Positions 1 through 10,897 of a stretch of 64,000 nucleotides of DNA are shown here, piece after piece (position 1 is the first letter of the stretch; each line of letters starts with the position of its first letter). Under the pieces are notes generated by a model. That model had not been told where the DNA came from. It did not search any database and was given only the letters and a program-made list of their open reading frames with translations. Position numbers and translations under genes: made by a program. Source of the DNA: an uncultured Gemmatimonadales bacterium (GTDB lineage: Bacteria > Gemmatimonadota > Gemmatimonadetes > Longimicrobiales > RSA9); assembly GCA_963783305.1 (NCBI GenBank), contig CAWAMW010000017.1:96001-160000 (forward strand). Direction: 5' to 3'.

Positions 1-1558
1 TGATGGGCGCGTTCCAGTTGTACCGGTACTTCATCTCGCTGGCGTCCATGCCGAGGTACTGGATCGGCGCGGCCATGATGCTCGTGCTCGCGCCCGCCTC
101 CGTGTCGAGGACCTCGATGGTCCCCTGGTAGCTCCCGCCCAGGACGTAGCGCGGGTCGTCCGGGTCGAACGCCAGGAACGCGCTCTCGCCGCCGGCGGAG
201 GACGTCCAGCTCTCAGTGGTGATCCCGCCGGCGCCCAGCTCGCGACTGGCGATGACCACCGACGAGTTGTCCTGCTGACCGCCGTAGACGCGGTACGGGA
301 AGCGGTTGTCCACGTTGATTCGATAGATCTGGGCGGTGGGCTGCGTGGACTGTGAGCTCCAGCTGCTCCCACCGTCGAACGTGACCACGGCGCCACCGTC
401 GTCGGCGAGGATGAAGTTGTCGGGGTCGTCGGGGTTGATCCACATGTCGTGGTAGTCCCCGTGCACGCCCTCCAGGTCCTGCCACGTCTTCCCGCCGTCG
501 TCCGAGCGCAGCGCCGGGGCGCTAAGCACGTAGATCCGGTCCTCGTCCATGGGGTCGACGAAGAGCTCGATGTAGTACCAGGCGCGCTGTACGAGGCGCG
601 GCTCGCCGGTGACGCGGCTCCAGCGCGCGCCGGCGTCGGTGGAGACGTAGAGCCCGCGATCGTCCCCGTCCGACTCGCTCTCGATGAGCGCGTAGACCTT
701 CTGGGGGTTGGACGGGCTCACCGCGATGGCCATCTTCCCCATCTTCTCGGGCAGCCCGTTCGTCATCCGCTGCCACGTGTCTCCCCCGTCGGTCGACTTG
801 TACAGGCCGCTGCCGGGGCCGCCGCTGATGACCTGCCACGGCCGGCGCCCGTGCTCCCACATGGCCGCGTAGAGAATGCGCGGGTTCGTGGGGTCCATGG
901 ACAGCTCGGCGGCGCCGGTCCGCTCATCCACGTACAGCACGTTCTTCCACGTGACGCCGCCATCGCTGGACTTGAAGACGCCGCGCTCGGGGGAGGGGCC
1001 GTAGAGGGCGCCCTGGGCCGCCACCAGGACGACATCGGGGTCGCGGGGGTCCACCACGATCCGGGAAATGTGGCGGGTGGCATCCAGGCCCATCTTCCGC
1101 CACGTCCTGCCGGCATCCGTGGACCGGTAGACGCCGTCCCCCGAGTGCGTCATCACGCCCCGCGGCGCGTGCTCACCCATCCCCACGTAGACCACGTTGG
1201 GGTCGCTCGCCGCCACCGCCACGGCGCCCACGGACCCCGTGCGGAAGTAGCCGTCGGAGATGTTGCGCCAGCTGATCCCGGCGTTGTCGGTCTTCCACAC
1301 GCCCCCACCGGTGGTCCCCATGTAGTACGTCCTCGGGTCGCCCACCACACCGGTTGCCGCCACCGAGCGGCCGCCGCGGTACGGGCCGATGGAGCGCCAC
1401 TTCACGGGCGCGAAGACGCTGTCCAGGGCGGAGGTCGCGGGGGGCGCGGTCTGTGCCATCAGCCCCGCCGAGATACCGGACAACGCGGAAAGGGGCAGAA
1501 GCGCCAGCAGCATGAAAGAACGGATCAGAATCCAACCATGGCCGTCGATGTTCCGCAC
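1..1558 (-). CDS. VPS10/BNR (Asp-box) repeat glycosyl hydrolase-like secreted protein, 3' partial (runs off window)
   Basis: Not in ORF track; read manually. GTG at 1558 after GGAGGAG, signal-like segment, then [14 protein letters not shown]...GGVWKT, repeated S-x-D-G-G-x-T-W Asp-boxes, [11 protein letters not shown]; frame open to position 1. Confidence 0.85.
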   Translation of the reverse strand, partial: MRNIDGHGWILIRSFMLLALLPLSALSGISAGLMAQTAPPATSALDSVFAPVKWRSIGPYRGGRSVAATGVVGDPRTYYMGTTGGGVWKTDNAGISWRNISDGYFRTGSVGAVAVAASDPNVVYVGMGEHAPRGVMTHSGDGVYRSTDAGRTWRKMGLDATRHISRIVVDPRDPDVVLVAAQGALYGPSPERGVFKSSDGGVTWKNVLYVDERTGAAELSMDPTNPRILYAAMWEHGRRPWQVISGGPGSGLYKSTDGGDTWQRMTNGLPEKMGKMAIAVSPSNPQKVYALIESESDGDDRGLYVSTDAGARWSRVTGEPRLVQRAWYYIELFVDPMDEDRIYVLSAPALRSDDGGKTWQDLEGVHGDYHDMWINPDDPDNFILADDGGAVVTFDGGSSWSSQSTQPTAQIYRINVDNRFPYRVYGGQQDNSSVVIASRELGAGGITTESWTSSAGGESAFLAFDPDDPRYVLGGSYQGTIEVLDTEAGASTSIMAAPIQYLGMDASEMKYRYNWNAPI

Positions 1559-1829
1559 GGTCTCCTCCGGGGCGGTCGAGTAACCCGAAACGCGCGGCGG
1601 ACGCGTCGGTCACCCGCTCCCCCTGCTGCGAGGGTGCCGCCGCTGCGATGTCAGGCTGATGAGCAGGAACGTGGAATCGGTTCCCCGGAAAGGTGAGGGG
1701 GTCGGCGAGGCGCCGGCAAGGGCGGGGGTGCGCGGGAAAGACCGACTGGCGCCGTCACGCCGGGCGCCGGAGGGTGCTGCTCGGACCTCATTCGCACGCG
1801 AGCGGCGACGTCCGGTCGCTGAGCTCACG

Positions 1830-2030
1830 AGGGGGGTGAATGCCACGGAGCCGTTCGTGCCACTCCGCCTCGATGGCCGCCTCGCTCCGGCCGGCGTGAG
1901 CCGCGTAGCCATCGAGCCCTCGCTCCAGAGCACCCTCAGCCCCGCGACACCGTCGGTCTCGGCGACGTGCTGCACGAGACTGCCCGCCTCCAGATGGGCC
2001 GCGGCGCTCTGAGATCGAAGTCCGTCCGCA
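1830..2030 (-). pseudogene. Frameshifted C-terminal fragment of a peptidase-MA-like/helical protein
   Basis: Two frames join as HLEAGSLVQHVAETDGVAGLRVLWSEG / LDGYAAHAGRSEAAIEAEWHERLRG; no N-terminal part. Confidence 0.4.
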
Positions 2031-2117
2031 GCGCTCGCAGGGGTACATGGGCACCATCGCGCTGGAGCGCCGCCGCCCACTCGGCTCGGGGCACTTCATT
2101 CCTTGGCAATGAGGCGA

Positions 2118-3536
2118 TCAGCGGTCGGGGAAGTAAGGTTCGAGTGCTGAAGCAGGCGGTGGCTTGGTCATCATGCTGACAGCGAACATCAGGACGGCCG
2201 AGGCAAGGAAGCCCGGGACCACGGGATCAATGTTCTCCGGTCCGAGAAGCTCCCAAAAGGCCGTGGCGGTCACGCCGCCGATCATCGCCGCGATCGCGCC
2301 CTCCCGGGTCGCCCGCTTCCAGAATATCCCACCGACCACCGGAACAAAGAAGCTGGCCGCCATCAGCGCGGTGAACAGAAGCACGATGAACTGGATCAAC
2401 TCACCCTCTCCCACTCCGCTGATCACTAGGATCAAAGGCACGGTGCCGACGATGAAGATGCCGATTCGCGCCACCGTAAGTCGTCGCGCGTGAGTGGCGA
2501 CGCGGTCGAACAGCGAGTGGAAAATGTCTTCGGAAAGTGCCGAACCCGCGACGATCAGCAGCGAGTCGACCGTCGACATCATGGCTGAGGTGATGGCCGC
2601 GAGCATCAGTGTGCCGATGAAGCTCGGCAGGATCGCCCGCGCGACGATGGGCATGGCCAGGTCGCCCGTGGACAACATTGGAAACAGCACGATGCTGACC
2701 AGGCCCAGCACCATCACGAGCAGATTGAGCGCGATGACCAGCACCATCGTCAGAAATATGCCGCGCCGGATCGTAGCCATGTCCTTCATCGCATAGAGCC
2801 GTACGAGCTTTTCCGGCGTGGAGACCGATCCGAGGAAGAATGCCAGCCCCATCGTGAATAGCAATGCCCCCGGTAATGTCCCCCATTCAAAGACCAGCGG
2901 CTTCACCGCCTGCACGTAGGAGAGGAGATTGCCGACACCGTCCAGCTGCCGGATCGCTAGCGGAACGGCGATCACGGCGCCGAGGACCATGATGAGCATT
3001 TGTACGAAATCTGTATAGACCACGGCCATCATCCCGCCGATGACGGTATAGATCAGGAGGATGACGGTGAACAGAACCATCCCTTCCACCAGAGGCAGGC
3101 CGAACACGATATTGGCGACGAGGCCGCCCGCAACGATCTGCGCCTGGATATACACGGTGATCGCCACCATGATGATGACGGCGGCAACCGCTCGCGCGGC
3201 GCGGCTGTAGTACCTTCGCTCAATGAATGCCGGCAGCGTCAACTCCCGCGCCTTCGTGAAACGAGGAGCCAGAACGGCCGCCATGAACCAGTAGGACAGT
3301 GGGATTGCGAGCAGCACCCAGCCGAACGACCAGCCGAACGCATAGATCGCTCCGATCGCGCCGATGAATGTGCCGCCACTCGTGTGCGTCGCGGCCAGCG
3401 TGGCACCGCCCACCAACCAGCCAAGCCTGCCGCCAGCGATCCAGTAGTCGCTCTCGTCCTGCGTCTTTCGCAGGCTGTAGTACCCGATGGCGAAGACCAC
3501 TAGGAAGTACAGCCCGAAGATCACGATGCGAGTCAC
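2118..3536 (-). CDS. Sodium:solute symporter (SSS, PutP/PanF-like)
   Basis: ~13 hydrophobic segments; SGGTFIG, GGMMAVVYTDFVQ, SAMMSTVDSLL motifs. Confidence 0.93.
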   Translation of the reverse strand: MTRIVIFGLYFLVVFAIGYYSLRKTQDESDYWIAGGRLGWLVGGATLAATHTSGGTFIGAIGAIYAFGWSFGWVLLAIPLSYWFMAAVLAPRFTKARELTLPAFIERRYYSRAARAVAAVIIMVAITVYIQAQIVAGGLVANIVFGLPLVEGMVLFTVILLIYTVIGGMMAVVYTDFVQMLIMVLGAVIAVPLAIRQLDGVGNLLSYVQAVKPLVFEWGTLPGALLFTMGLAFFLGSVSTPEKLVRLYAMKDMATIRRGIFLTMVLVIALNLLVMVLGLVSIVLFPMLSTGDLAMPIVARAILPSFIGTLMLAAITSAMMSTVDSLLIVAGSALSEDIFHSLFDRVATHARRLTVARIGIFIVGTVPLILVISGVGEGELIQFIVLLFTALMAASFFVPVVGGIFWKRATREGAIAAMIGGVTATAFWELLGPENIDPVVPGFLASAVLMFAVSMMTKPPPASALEPYFPDR

Positions 3537-3661
3537 TCTTCAGAGCTCCGGACGGATCGGGCCGCCTCTCGTCTCTCCGTCCACAACATCCAGCCGATAT
3601 AGCCAATCAGGATCAGGCCAAGGGCGACGAACAGCCCCCAGAAAACGAACGAAAGTGACAT
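3533..3661 (-). CDS. 42-aa single-TM small protein, probable symporter accessory subunit
   Basis: ATG 3661, MSLSFVFWGLFVALGLILIGYIGWMLWTERREAARSVRSSEE; its TGA overlaps the symporter GTG (GTGA). Confidence 0.75.
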   Translation of the reverse strand: MSLSFVFWGLFVALGLILIGYIGWMLWTERREAARSVRSSEE

Positions 3662-3676
3662 TTGGATGCTGTCAGT

Positions 3677-4414
3677 TCAGGAGGTACGTAACACTCGGAA
3701 GGCGACGGTGCCGAGCCCGGCCAGCGCCACGACCGTAAAGATGTCGACGAGCCGGCCGAACGGAAGCAGCGGCGCGTCACCCTCGCGACTTCGCCAGCGC
3801 AGGAGGGAAGGTGCCGCCTGCAGCCGCAGAGAATAGCGGGAAACCCATTCACCGTGGCGCACGGTGTGAGGGACGGTGGGGAACGTTTCGTACACCACCT
3901 GCCTGCTCGGTAATTCAATCGTTGCGGTAAAGAAATCGTCGGTCGGGTTTGACGGCACCGCGACCGGCAGGAGCACCGGGACGGCGGCGTTCCTCACGGC
4001 GCCGGGTTCAACGCGGACTGCTCGCAGTACTCGGTAGCTGAGTCGGACCGTCTGTTCGCCCGCGGCAGACCGCGGTGGCAGGCGTACGAATCCCGCTATC
4101 GCGGGAGTCCGGGACCGATTCAGATCCGCTGCGGCAGTGTCGGTCCCGACCCGGGCCCGTAGATCCTGGATCTCGGCGCCAAAGTACTCAAGCCCGGTCA
4201 GACGAAGCGTATCCGTGGCCGCATTGACCACCAGACGGAACTGCACGGCGACGTCCACCGCACCGCTGTCGTCCCCGGGGACCACCTCGACGGCGACGCT
4301 CTCTACGATGGGCGTTTGGGCCTCGGCCACGCCCACTGCGGCTGGAAGCGGCGCCAGCAGCGCCAGGGCGCAGAGACGCAGCGCTCGGCGAATACGCCCC
4401 GGGTCAGCGTTCAC
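3677..4414 (-). CDS. Hypothetical exported protein with C-terminal TM anchor
   Basis: Signal peptide (..AEA-Q), beta-rich body, terminal hydrophobic helix; overlaps upstream gene. Confidence 0.8.
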   Translation of the reverse strand: MNADPGRIRRALRLCALALLAPLPAAVGVAEAQTPIVESVAVEVVPGDDSGAVDVAVQFRLVVNAATDTLRLTGLEYFGAEIQDLRARVGTDTAAADLNRSRTPAIAGFVRLPPRSAAGEQTVRLSYRVLRAVRVEPGAVRNAAVPVLLPVAVPSNPTDDFFTATIELPSRQVVYETFPTVPHTVRHGEWVSRYSLRLQAAPSLLRWRSREGDAPLLPFGRLVDIFTVVALAGLGTVAFRVLRTS

Positions 4415-6326
4415 AGATCCCTAGATGCCGTTCAAAGAACTGCTCCAGCCGCCTGTACATGTCTACTCGATTTGCAGGATCCCGGAAGCCGTGCCCCTCC
4501 GTAGGGTAGCTGTGGTGATCAAATTCCTTTCCGAGGCGCTCCAGCTCCGCAACGGCGAACTCGTAGTGGAGGAACGGCACCCGACGGTCCTGCTCGCCGT
4601 GCAGCAGCAGCACGGGAGCCTTCAACTGACCCAGCCGGTCAAGCGTTTCGCTCGAGCGATAACTGTCCGGGCGCTCTTCCGGGGTACCGCCGTGGCCGGT
4701 GATGGTGAAGATCTTACCGAGTCGATCCGTTTCGGCGAGCGTGCGCGTCTTGGAATAGGCACCTCGCATGGCGACCGCCGCGTCGAACTTGTCCGGCGTG
4801 CGCGTGGCCGCCGCGAGCGACATACTGCCGCCGTAACTGCCTCCATAGATACCCACACGGCCATTCACGATCGGCATGCGCCGCAGGTAATCCGCGGCTG
4901 CGCCCGCGTCAAGCGCCTGGTCGCCGAGCCAGTCCTCGATTGCCAGATCCTGGAACTCGCGGCCGAAGCCGGATCCGCCGCGGTAGTTGATCGCGAGAAC
5001 TACGTAGCCACGCGACGCCAGGTACTGCTCGGTCAGATTGAGCCGGTTCAGGTACGAGTTGGTTCCGCCTCCATGCACCTGGACCAGCGCGGGACAGGCG
5101 CTGCCGCGGCGGCTCTGGGGTGGCTCGTACAGAAAGCCCTGGACGTAGAGCCCATCGAAGCTTCGGTAGGCCACCTCGATCGGCTCCACGAGATCCAGCC
5201 AGGCGGACGACAGCGCGGTCAGGCGGAGCGCCGGTCCACCGGCGGCGTCGAACATGTAGACCTCGGGCCCCACGGTGGGTCCGCTTCGCACGAAGGCGAA
5301 CCGATCCGCACCACGGGTAGAAGTCAGCGAAGACAGCGACCCGCCGAGGTTCGTAACGCGCGTGGCCACACCCCCGGCCGCCGGAACAGACCAGAGGTCG
5401 TACGCCCCACGCTGCATGTATGGGAAGTAGAGGCGTTCGCCGTCGCCGCTCCAGTATGGCCGGTGCCGCATGATGCCATCGGTCGCGTACACCTGCATCT
5501 CCAGCGCATGCTCACTGCCCGGTCTCTCTGCGTCCACCACGTACAGGTAGGAGAGGTCCTGATACCAGTACTCGTCCTTGGCCGTGCCCATCAGGGCAAT
5601 GCGTTTGCCGTCCGGGGACCAGACCGGCGTCGACGATGCCATCAGCGCACGCGTGAGTTGAGTCGCCTCCCCGCTGGCCACGTCGACGAGCCAGAGGTCA
5701 TCCATCCAGTAGTCCGCCGCGTTCGAGACGTACGCGATGGTGCGTGAGTCCGGCGACCACGCCGGCTCGAACCGCGGATCGTCCAGTGCGGCGGCTCCGT
5801 TCGTCAGTTGTTGGGGCGCACCACTGCCGTCGGCGGCGACCAGCCAGATGTCCTGCGCGCCGCCCTCGCTGCTATAGAAGGCAAGGCGTCCTCCGTCTGG
5901 AGAAAAGGAGGCATCGCGCACGCCGCTGAGCCCGGTCGTCAGCCGCACCACGGCGTCGGGTGCGCCGGCCGGCGCGATCCACAGATCCCCCTCGGCTTGA
6001 AACGCGATCCGTTCACCATCGGGCGACCAGACCGGGGATCCGCCTGCGCTCCACCACCGTGCCGTGGCCCCCGCACCATTGGCTGTCTGCAGCAGGTAGA
6101 TCCCGCGGCCATCCTCCCCAGACGCCGTGACCGCGATGCGATCGCCGGCGGGCGCGATCACGGCACTCGACGGGCCGCTCCGGTCCACGTGGATGTTCTC
6201 CAGGGTCAGATCGAGTGTGTCCGCCGGCTGCGGCCCCACATGCTGCGCCGCGGCAGGGGCCGAAACCGGCAGGGCCAGCAGGAGCGCACCACAAACCAGC
6301 CTCACGCCCTCCAGGGGCCGCCTCAC
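4404..6326 (-). CDS. S9 family peptidase with PD40/TolB-like propeller
   Basis: WSPDG repeats, VHGGG, NYRGGSGFG, GGSYGG nucleophile, D-R-R-V, EGHGF. Confidence 0.95.
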   Translation of the reverse strand: MRRPLEGVRLVCGALLLALPVSAPAAAQHVGPQPADTLDLTLENIHVDRSGPSSAVIAPAGDRIAVTASGEDGRGIYLLQTANGAGATARWWSAGGSPVWSPDGERIAFQAEGDLWIAPAGAPDAVVRLTTGLSGVRDASFSPDGGRLAFYSSEGGAQDIWLVAADGSGAPQQLTNGAAALDDPRFEPAWSPDSRTIAYVSNAADYWMDDLWLVDVASGEATQLTRALMASSTPVWSPDGKRIALMGTAKDEYWYQDLSYLYVVDAERPGSEHALEMQVYATDGIMRHRPYWSGDGERLYFPYMQRGAYDLWSVPAAGGVATRVTNLGGSLSSLTSTRGADRFAFVRSGPTVGPEVYMFDAAGGPALRLTALSSAWLDLVEPIEVAYRSFDGLYVQGFLYEPPQSRRGSACPALVQVHGGGTNSYLNRLNLTEQYLASRGYVVLAINYRGGSGFGREFQDLAIEDWLGDQALDAGAAADYLRRMPIVNGRVGIYGGSYGGSMSLAAATRTPDKFDAAVAMRGAYSKTRTLAETDRLGKIFTITGHGGTPEERPDSYRSSETLDRLGQLKAPVLLLHGEQDRRVPFLHYEFAVAELERLGKEFDHHSYPTEGHGFRDPANRVDMYRRLEQFFERHLGICER

Positions 6327-8233
6327 GAGCCCCCCTTCCCTTTCAGATACTTGTCAAAGTGGGCGATCAGAGCGCCGTACGCGTGCATCCTGTTTTGCGG
6401 TCGACGGAAGCCGTGATACTCGTCCGGGTAGGAGTGGAACTCCACCGGGTTGCCCCGCGCCTTCAGCGCGGCCACGAGCTGCTCGGACTGCTGGAACGGG
6501 GCCCGTCGATCCAGCTGGCCGTGGATCACCAGGAACGGTAGATCCTGCCGGATGCGGTCCAGGTGGTATATGGTCGATGTCCTCCGATAGAGAGCCGCAT
6601 TCTCGCCGGGAGCGAAGCCGCGGTGGCCCTCGATGATCCAGAACCGCATGAGCCGGTCTCCGTGCTCGTACGCGGACGCCCAGTCATAGATGCCGTAGAG
6701 CGGCGCGGCGGCGTCGAAGGGTTCAGAGTCCCGTGTGAGCGCGGCCAGTGTCATGATTCCACCGTAGCTGCCGCCGTAGATACCGACCTTGTCGGTCGTA
6801 TACGGAAGCGATTCAAGATACTCAGCCGCCGCCACGGCGTCCCAGCCCTGCTCCGCGGCCCAGTCACCGTAGGAGAGGTCCTGGAACTCCCGACCGTGTC
6901 CCGCGCTCCCCCGATATTCGATCGCAAGCACCACGTAGCCTTCCTGCGCGAGAAGGTGCTCGAGCGAGTGGAACCCGTTACCGTATGCGTTGTTTCCGCC
7001 TCCGTGCACCTGCACCAGCGACGGGTAGCGTCGCGACGGGTCGAAGTTGGCAGGCCGGTAGAGGTAGCCGAGCATGTAATGGCCGTCCTTGCTGCGGTAG
7101 GCCAGCTTCTCCGGCGCGTGCAAACCCGCGTAGTTCTGGTACCAGTCCGTCAGGCGCCGGGGCTCGCCACCCGACGGTTCGAGGACCTGGAGCTCGCCGC
7201 CCCGCGTCGGCGTAGAACGGACGTAGGCGACAGCGCCGTCCGGGCCCACCGCGAAGTCACCAAAGCTGCCCTCTTCGTACGTCATCTTCGTCGCGACCCC
7301 GCCTTCCACCGGTACCGACCATAGGTTGGAATCGCCCTCCCACTCATAGCGGAAAATGATCCGCTCGCTGTCGGGCGCCCACTGCATGGGAATGCCGCCG
7401 TTCCGGTCGCTGACGAACGTGTTCATCTCCACCTTCCGCACCTTTTCGGAAGGCATCTCGACCACGTAGATGTCGCTCTGGTCGCCGTACCAGAACTCGC
7501 CCGTCTCCATGGCGTTGAAGGCGATATAGCGGCCGTCCGGCGACCAGCGAGGCAGCGTCATCACGTCCAGGTTCGCGGTGACCTTGTGAGTGGCACCGGT
7601 CCGGGTGTCGACCAGCCACAGATCGTCCGCGTATTCTCCGCCACGGTTGCTGACATAGGCGACCCACCGGCCGTCCGCCGACCACTCGGGCTGGCTCCAG
7701 CGCGCCTCGTCCCACGGATTCGTCTCGCGCGTCAACTGGGTGACCTCGCCACTGGCGACGTCAGCAACGAAGACGTCCTGATGGCCCGCGCGATCGGAGA
7801 TGAACGCGATCCGCGATCCGTCGGGCGACCAGGCGGGTCCGCGCTCGCCTTCGGAGTCGCGCGTCACACGCGTAGGAGTGCCTCCGTTCCGGGAGACGAC
7901 CCAGATGTCCGAATCGCCGCGCTCATCGCCCCGGATGAATGCGATCCGGTCGCCCTGCGGCGACCAGGCGGGCGACGACTCGGACGCGTCATCATCCAGT
8001 AGCAGACGCGAGTCCCCGCTCTGGCGGTCGACCAACCAGATTTTCGAGGTGCCGGAGCGATTCGAGACCACGGCGATTTCGCCGCCGCCTGGCGAAATGG
8101 TCGCGCCGCGGATGCTCACATTGGAGCTCATCGACTCCAGGGTCAGCGGCTGGAGCGGCTCCTGTGCGCGTGCGGGCGCGCCGGGCGAAACGCCGACGCA
8201 GAGGAGCGCCGCGAACAGCGTGGTGGATCGCAT
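6323..8233 (-). CDS. S9 family peptidase with PD40/TolB-like propeller (paralog)
   Basis: ATG 8233 after AAGGAG; signal peptide; WSPDG repeats; GGSYGG; EYHGF. Confidence 0.95.
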   Translation of the reverse strand: MRSTTLFAALLCVGVSPGAPARAQEPLQPLTLESMSSNVSIRGATISPGGGEIAVVSNRSGTSKIWLVDRQSGDSRLLLDDDASESSPAWSPQGDRIAFIRGDERGDSDIWVVSRNGGTPTRVTRDSEGERGPAWSPDGSRIAFISDRAGHQDVFVADVASGEVTQLTRETNPWDEARWSQPEWSADGRWVAYVSNRGGEYADDLWLVDTRTGATHKVTANLDVMTLPRWSPDGRYIAFNAMETGEFWYGDQSDIYVVEMPSEKVRKVEMNTFVSDRNGGIPMQWAPDSERIIFRYEWEGDSNLWSVPVEGGVATKMTYEEGSFGDFAVGPDGAVAYVRSTPTRGGELQVLEPSGGEPRRLTDWYQNYAGLHAPEKLAYRSKDGHYMLGYLYRPANFDPSRRYPSLVQVHGGGNNAYGNGFHSLEHLLAQEGYVVLAIEYRGSAGHGREFQDLSYGDWAAEQGWDAVAAAEYLESLPYTTDKVGIYGGSYGGIMTLAALTRDSEPFDAAAPLYGIYDWASAYEHGDRLMRFWIIEGHRGFAPGENAALYRRTSTIYHLDRIRQDLPFLVIHGQLDRRAPFQQSEQLVAALKARGNPVEFHSYPDEYHGFRRPQNRMHAYGALIAHFDKYLKGKGGS

Positions 8234-8262
8234 TCGATCTCCTTTGAATCCGGGAAACGTCG

Positions 8263-9489
8263 TCACTGCCAGACTTCTCGCAGAACGCGCAGCGTGTTGC
8301 CGCCGAGAACCTTGGCGATGTTCTCGTCGGAGTAGTCATGGCGGACGAGCCAGCGCACGACGTTGTGCGAGACCTCTGTCGGGTTCTCGAGACCCTTCAC
8401 GTACTCGACCTGGTTCGGATTGCCGCCGCCGTTGCCGCTCGGCCCCTTGCCGCCGCGTGACTCGGCGAGCGACAGCCGTGTGGAGTACACACGGTGGAGT
8501 CCGACATGATCCCCATAGACCGTGTCCGCGCCGAAGCTCACGTGGTCGATCCCGACCAGGTCGACCATGTATTCGAAGTGCTCCATGTAGGAGTCGATCC
8601 CGTGGACGGGGTGGTTCTTCGTCACGGTCGTGTGGGGCGCCGCCTCGATGCCGATAACCCCCCCCTTGTCCGCGCACGCGCGGAGGACCTCGTCTGGAGC
8701 CAGGCGGTTCGAATCCCACAGAGCACGCGCTCCGATGTGGCTCAGCACGACCGGCTTGCGGCTGTGCTCGATCGTGTCGAGCGCCGTCTGATCGCCGGTA
8801 TGAGAGCAGTCGATCAGCATTCCGACCTGATTCATGCGTCGGACGGCTTTCCGGCCAAACGCGGTCAGTCCCCCGTCCCGCTTCTCCTTCAGGCCGGAGC
8901 CCAGCGCGTTCGATTCACTGTAGGTGATCCCGAGCAGGCGCACCCCAAAGCCGTACAGAATCTCAATGCGGTCCAGCTCGTTCTCGATCATCGCCGCGCC
9001 CTCGAGGCTCGCGATCCAGCCGAGCTTGCCCAGTTCCGCCGCCCTCAGCACATTGTCCACCGTTTGGCACGGCACCACCATGTCCTGGTGGGCGATGTCG
9101 CACAGCCGCATTCCCAGATCGTGCAGGACCTCCGACCACTTCCAGCCCGAGAGGGACTCGATCTGCCCCACGCCGTCCATCAGATTGTCGAAGACCGCAT
9201 CCCAGCGCGAAGCGGCAAGCGCTCCGAAAGCCGTGGCCATGCGGCCTTCACGCACGTATTCCGGCGTGAGATCGATCTCCGACGGGAACGCGCCCAAATG
9301 CTCGTGCATCGAGATCATCAGACACTCCTGCCCGAGCCGATCCGCTCGATCTTCCTGCTCGGTACTCAGCGGAACGTGATAGATCGGCACCCGATCCTCC
9401 GCCAGCGCCAACTCATAGCTTCTGTAGTCGGTCGACGGGTCCAGGTATTGAAATGACTGGTACCCGTCGTACTGTTTCGTTGCCCCCAT
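8263..9489 (-). CDS. Membrane/renal-type dipeptidase (peptidase M19), no signal peptide
   Basis: HEH, LEGA, GLTAFGRKAVRRMNQVGMLIDCSH, SHIG, GIDHVSFGAD, KVLGGNTLRV. Confidence 0.92.
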   Translation of the reverse strand: MGATKQYDGYQSFQYLDPSTDYRSYELALAEDRVPIYHVPLSTEQEDRADRLGQECLMISMHEHLGAFPSEIDLTPEYVREGRMATAFGALAASRWDAVFDNLMDGVGQIESLSGWKWSEVLHDLGMRLCDIAHQDMVVPCQTVDNVLRAAELGKLGWIASLEGAAMIENELDRIEILYGFGVRLLGITYSESNALGSGLKEKRDGGLTAFGRKAVRRMNQVGMLIDCSHTGDQTALDTIEHSRKPVVLSHIGARALWDSNRLAPDEVLRACADKGGVIGIEAAPHTTVTKNHPVHGIDSYMEHFEYMVDLVGIDHVSFGADTVYGDHVGLHRVYSTRLSLAESRGGKGPSGNGGGNPNQVEYVKGLENPTEVSHNVVRWLVRHDYSDENIAKVLGGNTLRVLREVWQ

Positions 9490-9553
9490 TAGGAATTCCT
9501 CGGATGTTCAGGTTCGCTACGCCGAGCTGCCGGATCCGCTGCTGCCGGAGCCG

Positions 9554-10897
9554 TCACAGGTCAGGGTTGTTGTTGCGCTCGATCTCCGGCATCGGCATGC
9601 ACGTCTGGTTGCCCATCGGGAAGCCCTGCGGCGTCGATTTCTGAAAGAAGTCGAGACCGTACTGGTCCAGATAGCGCCGCTGGTCACCCAGACGCACACC
9701 GTCCAGGAACAGCGTGCGCTTTCGCTCGTCGATGACTTTGTCGCGGATTTCGTTCGCGTCTCCGCCCTCGGGAGTCCATTCCTGGTCGATCCCGTAGCGG
9801 CTGCGTACGTCGTTGATGATGGAGACCGCCTCCGCTCCTCCGGTGATCTCCGCGATGATGTACTGCGTCTCGTCGCCGGTCGCGATGCGCAGCGGCGAGC
9901 TGGGGCTCGACACCTTGCGGGGCGCATACAGATCCTGAGATGGCTCGAACGCGGGACGTGGATTCAGGACGAGCTCCACGCGCGGATCCGGCTGGTCGGT
10001 GCCGTCTATGGTCAGGTGCCGGAATGCCGGGCCGACGCTCCAGTTCCCGAAGTCCCAGGTTCGAAAATGTACTCGGTTGCGCTGCTCGAAGGTGCTGGCC
10101 GAATAGGTCGCCAGGTACTCGAACTCCGGATCGACCTGGCGCGCGTCGGCGAGTGCGCCGGCCTCATCGCCCAGCAGCAACCTCACGCGGGCGCGGCCGA
10201 CCAGCGCCGCCTGCCGTACGTCGGATTCCACATTTGCCGCACCGATCGCTGCGGTGAACTCCTCCTCGGCAATTCGGTACGCGTCCTCGGTGCTCAGTTC
10301 GGGGCCGGTACCCCCGAACGCGAGCGAACAGTACATGTCCGCGAGCCATGTCTTTGCGAAGCCCGAGTACATGCTGGCCAGCGCGTATTCAGGAGCGTCG
10401 GAAACGTTACCGGTGATCTCCTCGAAGTTTCCATCGAGGATGCGCGCCTGCAGCAGGTCCGCGGCGGCGACCGCCCGCTGGAGCGGCACGTAGAAGCCAC
10501 CGCCGATCGAATTGGTTCGGGCCGAGCCGCCGCCGTGGTCCTCGGGAACGTCGCGGCGGTCGAAGGCGTGGATGCTCGGCGCCGTGCCGGACGAGACGAA
10601 TTCATTGCCGAACAGACCGCCCCAGACGATGCCGCTGTCATAGGACTGGAACAGATCGGCCGAGGCGCCGACGACGGCCTCGCGGAGGCCGAAGCTGGTG
10701 GACGCGTCCACGGTGTGAGGGTTGGGGTCGACGTCCACGAGGCCGTCGCAGCTTACGGAGGCTGCGAGAACGAGCAGCAGCGGTACCATCTTCCGCCACG
10801 CTCCCCGACCGCTGAGCCTGCTCTGATCTTCGTATCGCATACGCTCTGTCTCCGCTGTCTTTCTCGAAGGGTTCGAAGTGATCGCGATCCGTCTCAT
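9554..10897 (-). CDS. RagB/SusD-family lipoprotein (true start may be slightly downstream)
   Basis: Lipobox SVSC, AALVGRARVRL, ERKRTLFLDGVRLGDQRR, C-terminal PEIERNNNP; directly follows SusC. Confidence 0.9.
   Translation of the reverse strand: MRRIAITSNPSRKTAETERMRYEDQSRLSGRGAWRKMVPLLLVLAASVSCDGLVDVDPNPHTVDASTSFGLREAVVGASADLFQSYDSGIVWGGLFGNEFVSSGTAPSIHAFDRRDVPEDHGGGSARTNSIGGGFYVPLQRAVAAADLLQARILDGNFEEITGNVSDAPEYALASMYSGFAKTWLADMYCSLAFGGTGPELSTEDAYRIAEEEFTAAIGAANVESDVRQAALVGRARVRLLLGDEAGALADARQVDPEFEYLATYSASTFEQRNRVHFRTWDFGNWSVGPAFRHLTIDGTDQPDPRVELVLNPRPAFEPSQDLYAPRKVSSPSSPLRIATGDETQYIIAEITGGAEAVSIINDVRSRYGIDQEWTPEGGDANEIRDKVIDERKRTLFLDGVRLGDQRRYLDQYGLDFFQKSTPQGFPMGNQTCMPMPEIERNNNPDL

Noticed and set aside
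449..1696. 415-aa + strand ORF
   Set aside because: Antisense shadow of the VPS10-like gene; typical high-GC artefact
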